Assembly: GCA_026394995.1 (NCBI GenBank)
Contig: JAPLZO010000043.1
Coordinates: 1-38,584 of the forward strand
Direction of reading: 5' to 3'
DNA from: Candidatus Woesearchaeota archaeon
GTDB taxonomy: Archaea; Nanobdellota; Nanobdellia; SCGC-AAA011-G17; JAPLZO01
Length of the DNA: 38,584 nucleotides
The position numbers and the translations under genes were made by a program. Positions 32,397 through 38,584 of this stretch are shown here, piece by piece. The notes beneath the pieces are model-generated. The model was given only the letters and a program-made list of their open reading frames with translations, did not search any database and was not told where the DNA came from. The stretch's first letter is position 1. The number at the start of each line of letters is the position of its first letter.

Positions 32397-33035
32397 ATGA
32401 CCATAGAAAATATAATTAAAGAAAGAAGATCTATTAGAAAATATATAGACAAAAAAGTTACATTTGATAAAATTGGTAAGATTATAGAAGCTGGGATTTA
32501 TGCTCCTTCTTCTGGAAATATACAAAATTGGAGTTTTATAATTGTAAGAGATACACAAAAAAAAGAAGAAATAGCAGCAGCATCTTTAAAACAATATTGG
32601 ATGACAACTGCTTATGCATATATTATAATTTGTAATAACACACAAAAAATAGAAAAATTATATGGTAATCATGGTAAAATATACTCAACACAAAATTGTG
32701 CACTAGCAGCCGAAAATATGATGCTAATGGCAGAATCTCTTGGCCTTAGTACATGTTTTGTTGGAGCTTTTGATCATAATGCAATCTCAAGAATTTTAAA
32801 ATTACCTTCTACAATAATCCCAGAAATAATATTAACTCTTGGTTACGGTGATGAAAAACCAATAAAAACATCAAGAGACCCTATTGAAAAAGTTACATTC
32901 TTTGAAGAATATGGCAAAAAAATGGTTGATGATTTTTCATTTTGGCCATTACAAAAATTTGAAAAAGATATTAAAGATTTAAGAGAAAAACACTCAAAAA
33001 AAGTAAGCGAATTCTATAAAAAAATTAAGAAATAA
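32397..33035 (+). CDS. nitroreductase-family flavoprotein
   Basis: 'RRSIRKY', 'APSSGNIQNWSFIIV' and 'QNCALAAENMMLMAESLGLSTCFVG' are typical of the nitroreductase fold. Confidence 0.85.
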   Translation: MTIENIIKERRSIRKYIDKKVTFDKIGKIIEAGIYAPSSGNIQNWSFIIVRDTQKKEEIAAASLKQYWMTTAYAYIIICNNTQKIEKLYGNHGKIYSTQNCALAAENMMLMAESLGLSTCFVGAFDHNAISRILKLPSTIIPEIILTLGYGDEKPIKTSRDPIEKVTFFEEYGKKMVDDFSFWPLQKFEKDIKDLREKHSKKVSEFYKKIKK

Positions 33036-33040
33036 GTTTT

Positions 33041-33135
33041 CTCACTTTATTTTTTAAAATAAAAATCAAGCCAGTGCCTTCTAGGCACCAGCAAAAAAGA
33101 CTAAAGTGAGGGCAAAAATTTAGGGGGGTTTGCCC
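33041..33135. other. GC-enriched structured intergenic element (nested inverted repeats) between convergent genes
   Basis: ctcacttta (33041-49) pairs with taaagtgag (33102-10) and encloses gtgcct-tct-aggcac (33074-88). It is followed by gggcaaa (33110-16) paired with tttgccc (33129-35). This is much more GC-rich than the surrounding spacers. Confidence 0.4.
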
Positions 33136-33148
33136 TTTTAAATGTAAT

Positions 33149-34243
33149 TTATCTTCTTAATGCAGTCACTACATCTATGCCTAACTCTTGACTCATTTGC
33201 GATGCCTTTGAAGCAATTTTTTTATGATCACTTCTTCCTAAGATATATGGTGAGTTTACTCCTGTAATTATAGTCATGACTCTTATTCTACCATTTAGGT
33301 TTTCATTTATTCTGGCTCCCCAGATAACGTTAGCATCTGCATCTAAAGTTTCTGTTATTATTTCACCAACTTTGCTAACTTCATCTAATGTTAAATCATC
33401 TCCACCACTTACATGAATTAAAGCACCAACTGCGCCTTCATAGCTAACATCTAATAATGGATTAGTTAATGCTCTTCTAGTGGCTTCCTCTACTCTATTC
33501 TCAGAGTCAGATTCACCTATTCCAATTACAGAAACGTCTCCATCAGCCATAATTGCTTTTACATCAGCGTAATCTAAGTTAACTAAACTTGGAATTGCTA
33601 TTGTTTCAACTATACCTTTTATCATAGTACTAACCAATTCATTTGCAACTGCAAATGCTTGTTGTACTGGTAAGTTTCCAGCAATATTTACTAATCTATT
33701 ATTATCAATAACAATAACAGTATCAGAAACTTCTCTTAATTGTTGTAATCCAAATTCAGCTTTATCAACTCTTGCTCTTTCAATATCGAATGGCATGGTT
33801 ACAGTACCTATAACAATAGCACCAACTTCTTTAGCTACTTGTGCTATAATAGGAGCAGCACCAGTTCCAGTACCTCCACCCATTCCTGCACATATAAAAA
33901 CCATATCAGCGTCTTTCAAAACCATTTTCAAATCATGTAAACTTTCTTTAGCAGCTTCTCTTCCTTTATCAGGAAAACCACCGCATCCCAAACCTCTGGT
34001 TAATTCTTTTCCAATCAAAACTTTGTGATCAGCTTCAGTTATATCTAAATGTTGTTTATCTGTGTTTACAGCAATAATCTCAGCACCTTGCACACCTTTT
34101 TTGTGTAACCAACTAATCATATTGCTTCCACCACCACCAGCTCCAATTACTTTAATTTGAGCTTGGCCAACTTTCATTGAACTTGTGTCAATAGTTGGAG
34201 CACTTTTTAATGCATCTTTTACTAAAAAATCCATCATTTTCAT
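33149..34243 (-). CDS. ftsZ: cell division GTPase FtsZ
   Basis: Tubulin signature 'GMGGGTGTGAAPIIA', 'NTD', and 'DFADVK'-like 'DYADVKAIM'. Confidence 0.95.
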   Translation of the reverse strand: MKMMDFLVKDALKSAPTIDTSSMKVGQAQIKVIGAGGGGSNMISWLHKKGVQGAEIIAVNTDKQHLDITEADHKVLIGKELTRGLGCGGFPDKGREAAKESLHDLKMVLKDADMVFICAGMGGGTGTGAAPIIAQVAKEVGAIVIGTVTMPFDIERARVDKAEFGLQQLREVSDTVIVIDNNRLVNIAGNLPVQQAFAVANELVSTMIKGIVETIAIPSLVNLDYADVKAIMADGDVSVIGIGESDSENRVEEATRRALTNPLLDVSYEGAVGALIHVSGGDDLTLDEVSKVGEIITETLDADANVIWGARINENLNGRIRVMTIITGVNSPYILGRSDHKKIASKASQMSQELGIDVVTALRR

Positions 34244-34575
34244 TTTCCCCCTTTTTTGGTTTTCATTTGATTTTTATGTGAGATATATATTCTCTAAAAC
34301 AATAATATTTATATCTCGGTTATGTTTTATTACTTTTAGAAATCTTTTTCATCAAAAGTTTAGATGATTAATGATTCAAACTTGAGAAGAAGATAAATCT
34401 AAATAAGACTTATGTTTTCGAAGTTCATTTCAGCGACCAAATTGAAATGAAACTTTAATTAATTCTTATATAATTATTTTTATATAAACAATTTACTTAT
34501 AAATATGATTAAGATACAAAATATATATTCAAGAATATAAATGTTATTTAATACAATTTCTTTTTATTAATTTTA

Positions 34576-35868
34576 ATGAAAAAATATAATTTTAAAGAAA
34601 GTGATTTAATAGAAATTAGAACTTCTTCTGAAAAATTACAAGGAGTTTTAATGCAATCTCCTTCGCAAAATCTAGTTATAAAATTAAATAATGGTTATAA
34701 TCTATCAATAAATAAAAATGATATAGAAAATATTAAACTATTAAAAAAATATAAACCTCAAAAAGAAAAAGAAATTTCTCAGATAAAGGTTAATAAAAGT
34801 TTACCAACGATTTCAATATTACATACAGGTGGTACAATAGCTTCTAAAGTTGATTATAAAACCGGAGGAGTTAGCTTCAAATTTACTCCACAAGACTTAT
34901 TAGAAATGTTTCCCGAACTAAGAGACATAGCAAACTTCAAAGCTAAACTTGTAAGAAAAATGTGGTCTGATGATTTAAGATTTAAGCATATGTCCATTCT
35001 CACAAATGAAATTAAAAATGAAATTAAAAACAAAGTTGATGGAATAATAATAGGAATGGGAACAGATAATTTAGCAGTAGCAAGTGCTGCTTTATCCTTT
35101 GCTTTAGAATCTTGCCCGATTCCAATAATTTTAGTAGGAGCTCAAAGAAGTTCTGATCGTGGTTCAAGTGATGCTGCTGTAAACTTAATATGTGCAGCCA
35201 ACTTTATAGCAAAAACTGATTTTGCTGGTGTTGCAATTTGTATGCATGAAAATATGGAAGACAATAATTGTTTAATTTTACCTGCATGTAAAACTCGTAA
35301 ATTGCATACTTCTAGAAGAGATGCATTTAAAGTAGTTAATGAAGAACCTATAGCAAAGGTAAATTATTACACAAAACAAATAGAATTTCTAAGACATGAT
35401 CATACTAAAAAAGGTAATAAATTAATAATTAAAAATAAATTTGAAGAGAAAGTAGCTTTAATTAAAATAACAATAAATATGACTGCAAATCAATTTAGTG
35501 CATATAAAGGTTATAAAGGCTTAATTATTGAAGGAACAGGTCTAGGACATACACCATTAGATGTTATTGATAAAGAGACTAAAGAGCATGATAAAATAAA
35601 AAAAGCACTAGAAAATTTATCTAAAAATTGTGTTATTGTAATGACCCCTCAATGTATATTTGGCCGTGTTAATATGAATGTTTATTCCAAAGGTCGTGAT
35701 TTACAAAAAATTGGAATAATTTCTGGTGAGGATATGTTACCAGAAACAGCATTTGTAAAATTATCTTGGTTATTAGCTAATTATCCAAAAGCTCAAGTTA
35801 AAGAACTAATAAAAGAAAATCTCCGTGGTGAAATAAATAAAAGAATTTTACCTGATGAGTTTATATAA
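34576..35868 (+). CDS. gatD: Glu-tRNA(Gln) amidotransferase subunit D (asparaginase-like)
   Basis: N-terminal small beta domain, then the asparaginase motifs 'ILHTGGTIAS' and 'HGTDNL'-like 'GMGTDNLA'. gatE lies downstream. Confidence 0.9.
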   Translation: MKKYNFKESDLIEIRTSSEKLQGVLMQSPSQNLVIKLNNGYNLSINKNDIENIKLLKKYKPQKEKEISQIKVNKSLPTISILHTGGTIASKVDYKTGGVSFKFTPQDLLEMFPELRDIANFKAKLVRKMWSDDLRFKHMSILTNEIKNEIKNKVDGIIIGMGTDNLAVASAALSFALESCPIPIILVGAQRSSDRGSSDAAVNLICAANFIAKTDFAGVAICMHENMEDNNCLILPACKTRKLHTSRRDAFKVVNEEPIAKVNYYTKQIEFLRHDHTKKGNKLIIKNKFEEKVALIKITINMTANQFSAYKGYKGLIIEGTGLGHTPLDVIDKETKEHDKIKKALENLSKNCVIVMTPQCIFGRVNMNVYSKGRDLQKIGIISGEDMLPETAFVKLSWLLANYPKAQVKELIKENLRGEINKRILPDEFI

Positions 35869-35951
35869 CTTTTTATAAATTTTTAAATAGTAATAAAAAT
35901 ATGAGCAATGATTCATTAAGTTTTTAAGCAAATTATTTCTATATTTATAAT

Positions 35952-36104
35952 ATGAAAAGGGGAGATATTTTACTACAAAAGAGAATAAATTATAATTATG
36001 ATGACATGGATTTCTACGAACAAGACTACATAGAAGAAGCACTAGAGGATGATGAAATCTCTAGTGAAGAACAAGCATTCATGGTTGGTTATCTTGAAGA
36101 ATAA
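35952..36104 (+). CDS. candidate 50-aa acidic small protein (not in the ORF track)
   Basis: Hand translation: MKRGDILLQKRINYNYDDMDFYEQDYIEEALEDDEISSEEQAFMVGYLEE*. It fills most of the gatD-DUF504 spacer. There is no clear SD, and the antisense track ORF 35848..36042 looks less protein-like. Confidence 0.3.
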   Translation: MKRGDILLQKRINYNYDDMDFYEQDYIEEALEDDEISSEEQAFMVGYLEE

Positions 36105-36162
36105 TAAAAAATAACAACAATAACTGTATATTTTAAATAGTTAAAACTTTATTAATTCTATA

Positions 36163-36408
36163 ATGTATATTGGTGATTTACTAAATAAAATAAGATGGGA
36201 TCCAAAAGAAAACCCACAAGATTATACTATAGTTTATTTTGATAGGATGTTAGAAAAAAGAATAGAAATTCCATTTGCTTCTATTTCAAGAGCTGGTACT
36301 TTTATGATTTTTAAACAAAATAATAAAGATATTCATATACCTCTACATAGAATAAGAGAAGTAAGAAAAAAGGAAAAATTATTTGGGAAAGATAAATTAT
36401 ATAAATAA
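36163..36408 (+). CDS. DUF504/UPF0248-family small protein (MJ1316-like RNA end-recognition domain)
   Basis: 'LLNKIRWDPKENPQDYTIVYFDR....IPFASI......F.........IPLHRIREV' matches my memory of the DUF504 pattern. Confidence 0.65.
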   Translation: MYIGDLLNKIRWDPKENPQDYTIVYFDRMLEKRIEIPFASISRAGTFMIFKQNNKDIHIPLHRIREVRKKEKLFGKDKLYK

Positions 36409-36426
36409 ATAAAAAGTAATCTAATC

Positions 36427-37851
36427 ATGATTGATTATAAAAAGCTTGATTTTAAGTGTGGTCTAGAGATACATAAACAATTAGAGACTCATAAATTATT
36501 CTGTAATTGTCCTTCTTTTGTAAATGATCCAAACAAACCTGATATAATAATAAACCGAAAGTTAAGATCAGTTGCAGGTGAAACAGGTACTTTAGATATA
36601 GCTGCTGAATATGAAAAATCTAAAAATAAAAATTTTGTTTATGAAGCATGCTCAACTTCTTCTTGTTTAGTTGAATTAGATGAAGAACCACCACATCCAA
36701 TAAATCAACATGCAATTGATATAGCTTTAGAAATTGCTCTATTATTAAATGCTAAAATAGTAGATGAAATACAAATAATGAGAAAAACAGTAATAGATGG
36801 CTCAAACACATCTGGTTTTCAAAGAACATCTTTAATAGCTTTAAATGGTTATATAGAAACTTCAAAAGGTCGAGTTCTAATACCTGAAATTTACTTAGAA
36901 GAAGAAGCTGCTAAAAAAATAAAAGAAGATGAAAAAACAATAATCTATAGATTAGATCGTTTAGGTGTTCCTTTAGTAGAAATAAAAACAGATTCTAGTA
37001 TAAAAGATCCAGAACATGCAAAAGAAACAGCAGCTTTAATTGGTATGATTCTAAAATCAACAGGTAAAGTTAAATCTGGCCTAGGAACAATAAGACAAGA
37101 TGTTAATATATCAATAATGAATAAAGCTAGAACAGAAATAAAAGGTTTTCAAGATTTAAGATCAATTCCAAAAGTCATTGAAAATGAAGTTAAAAGACAA
37201 TTGTCTATAATAGAAAGAAATGAAGAATTAAAAAACGAGGTTAGAAAAGCAGAAGATAATTTTACAACCACTTTTTTAAGACCAATGCCTGGTTCATCTC
37301 GTTTATACCCTGAAACAGATGTTCCCTTTGTTATAATAACAAAAGAAAGAATTTCTAAAATTAAGTTACCCGAACTTATTACAATAAAGGCCATGAAATT
37401 AGAAGAGATGTACAATCTACCTGCACAATTAGCAAGAGAGTTAATTAACAATAAAACATTTGAAAAGTTTGTAAACAAATATACAATAGAACCTTCTTTG
37501 ATAGCACATATTTTAATAGATATCCCAAAGGAAATTAAAAAAAGAAATAACTTAGATCCTAAAAAATTAAAAGAACAAGATTTTGAATTTATTTTAGATA
37601 ATTTAAATAAGAATATTATATCTAAAGAGGCTATTATTGATATCTTATCTGAGATTATTCAAAACAAAAAAATTGATATTAACAAATACAAATTGATATC
37701 TATAGATAATATAGAACAGGAAGTAAAGGATATGGTACAAAAAAATAAAGGTGCTTCTTTTAATGCTCTTATGGGTATTATAATGGAAAAATATCATGGT
37801 AAGATTGATGGCAAAAAAGCTTCTGAGTTAGTTAAAAAATACATTTCATAA
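36427..37851 (+). CDS. gatE: Glu-tRNA(Gln) amidotransferase subunit E, short form lacking the AspRS-like insertion domain
   Basis: 'GLEIHKQLETHKLFCNCPS', 'VELDEEPPH', 'MRKTVIDGSNTSGFQRT' (GatE-type rather than the GatB 'YPDLPKGYQISQ'), 'LRPMPGSSRLYPETDVP', and a C-terminal YqeY-like tail. It is 474 aa, against roughly 610-635 aa for the GatE proteins I know. Confidence 0.85.
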   Translation: MIDYKKLDFKCGLEIHKQLETHKLFCNCPSFVNDPNKPDIIINRKLRSVAGETGTLDIAAEYEKSKNKNFVYEACSTSSCLVELDEEPPHPINQHAIDIALEIALLLNAKIVDEIQIMRKTVIDGSNTSGFQRTSLIALNGYIETSKGRVLIPEIYLEEEAAKKIKEDEKTIIYRLDRLGVPLVEIKTDSSIKDPEHAKETAALIGMILKSTGKVKSGLGTIRQDVNISIMNKARTEIKGFQDLRSIPKVIENEVKRQLSIIERNEELKNEVRKAEDNFTTTFLRPMPGSSRLYPETDVPFVIITKERISKIKLPELITIKAMKLEEMYNLPAQLARELINNKTFEKFVNKYTIEPSLIAHILIDIPKEIKKRNNLDPKKLKEQDFEFILDNLNKNIISKEAIIDILSEIIQNKKIDINKYKLISIDNIEQEVKDMVQKNKGASFNALMGIIMEKYHGKIDGKKASELVKKYIS

Positions 37852-37897
37852 GAATAAAAAAATTTATAAATAACAGAAAGTTGATTGTTCAATAACA

Positions 37898-38257
37898 ATG
37901 AAAAAAAGATTTAATAAATCAATTATAATATTATATATTTTGATTATTTTAATAATAGCCTTTGATGCTTTTTATTATATAAAATTTATTAATAATGAAA
38001 AATGGCAATGTTCTCAAATAATGTGTAAAAAAGTCAAAACAGTTCAAGAATGGACAGATGAAAATTGTGTAAATGATAAAGGTACTACAATGTGTAATGT
38101 AGTACTCAACAACGAAAAGCAACTTGTTCCTTTACAATCAATAAATCAACAAAACCTTCAACAGCTTCTAAATCAACAATGTCTTCAAGGATATTGCATA
38201 CAAGAAGTAAAAGTAAGACCTGTTAATTATACAATAGATACAACGTCTCAAAAGTAA
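37898..38257 (+). CDS. small membrane-anchored Cys-containing hypothetical protein
   Basis: N-terminal TM (SIIILYILIILIIAFDAFYYI) followed by a ~90-aa Cys/Gln-rich ectodomain. No family was recognised. Confidence 0.5.
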   Translation: MKKRFNKSIIILYILIILIIAFDAFYYIKFINNEKWQCSQIMCKKVKTVQEWTDENCVNDKGTTMCNVVLNNEKQLVPLQSINQQNLQQLLNQQCLQGYCIQEVKVRPVNYTIDTTSQK

Positions 38258-38294
38258 TAATATTTATATATTCTTATTCTTATAAATTTGTTTA

Positions 38295-38584
38295 ATGAAA
38301 AAGAGGAATATTTTTAAAATATTTTTTATATTGATATTATTTCTATTAGTTTTAGCAATTACAAAAGCAGATTTATACTGTTATGTTAATCAAACATGTA
38401 CATCTAGTATTGCTTTACTAAGATTTCAAAATGATTCTGGTGGAATGAATAATTCGCATGCTCAAATTTATGATTATCCTGATGCTTATAATTTTACATT
38501 ATGTTGTAATTCAACAAGTTATGAATTACAAAATAATTGTACTGGCGGTACAACAATTTTAAGATTAGAAAATTTAACAAATTC
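38295..38584 (+). CDS. secreted Cys- and sequon-rich protein, 5' fragment (continues beyond the window)
   Basis: ATG 38295: MKKRNIFKIFFILILFLLVLAITKA|DLYCYVNQTCTSSIALLRFQNDSGGMNNSHAQIYDYPDAYNFTLCCNSTSYELQNNCTGG.... Signal peptide followed by N-x-S/T and Cys motifs. The frame is open to the window end. Confidence 0.6.
   Translation, partial: MKKRNIFKIFFILILFLLVLAITKADLYCYVNQTCTSSIALLRFQNDSGGMNNSHAQIYDYPDAYNFTLCCNSTSYELQNNCTGGTTILRLENLTN

Noticed and set aside
32358-32558. 67-codon N-terminal extension of the DNA ligase ORF, overlapping the nitroreductase gene.
   Set aside because: The extension (MCISYNYKTPILYISRRRS...) has no ligase homology. It overlaps the well-defined start of the nitroreductase gene (MTIENIIKERRSIRKY). 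Ligase homology begins at the internal ATG 32357.
34330-34450. C/D-box sRNA or other ncRNA in the ftsZ-gatD spacer ('agatgattaatgattc', and the hairpin aagttcatttca...tgaaatgaaactt).
   Set aside because: No proper C box (RUGAUGA) with a D box (CUGA) and terminal stem could be assembled. The imperfect hairpin alone is weak evidence in AT-rich promoter DNA.
1-38584. Alternative genetic code (stop-codon reassignment).
   Set aside because: All conserved housekeeping genes are full length under the standard code, with no in-frame TGA, TAG or TAA needing reassignment. The only suspicious stops (TAG-TAA at 18962-18967) are tandem and are better explained by gene fission.

Overview
This is an AT-rich window (by eye about 25-30% GC, not computed) that reads as a reduced archaeal genome, probably DPANN-like. 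Archaeal markers are GatD/GatE, ABCE1, an ATP-dependent DNA ligase, TrmB, FtsZ, a class II RNR, and three tRNA genes that all carry introns, some at non-canonical positions. The window splits into two parts. (1) 3.1-20.7 kb is a contiguous accessory island in which every gene product is predicted to be membrane-anchored or secreted, apart from two tiny ribbon-helix-helix (RHH) regulator genes that the ORF track missed. It holds an 1817-aa surface protein anchored at both ends, LamG and DUF2341-like proteins, three tandem paralogues sharing a GIGT..P..KL.V.G module, and very cysteine-rich proteins. A MoxR-DUF58-VWA operon flanks it on the left. I consider this island the best candidate for an undescribed system, possibly a modular cell-surface or host-attachment apparatus with its own RHH regulators. 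(2) 20.7-38.3 kb is housekeeping: adk, a tRNA cluster with an embedded free-standing LAGLIDADG endonuclease, ABCE1, NrdJ plus a ThyA-fold protein, ArgRS, TrmB, DNA ligase, nitroreductase, FtsZ, and gatD-(two small genes)-gatE. Specific oddities: a conserved 'GKK(Y/I)GPYYY' cytoplasmic N-terminal module on two divergent giant genes, one copy lacking any canonical start codon; a duplicated Cys-rich module sitting in frame behind a TAG-TAA double stop; a recurrent CTTTCTT-N3-AAGAAAG palindrome family; a tRNA-Thr with two introns and an aberrant T-loop; a tRNA-Leu with a D-loop intron; and a GatE missing its insertion domain. No CRISPR array, transposase, integrase or reverse transcriptase was seen. 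All family calls come from motifs read by eye. No searches were run, and hairpin and intron coordinates were derived by hand.
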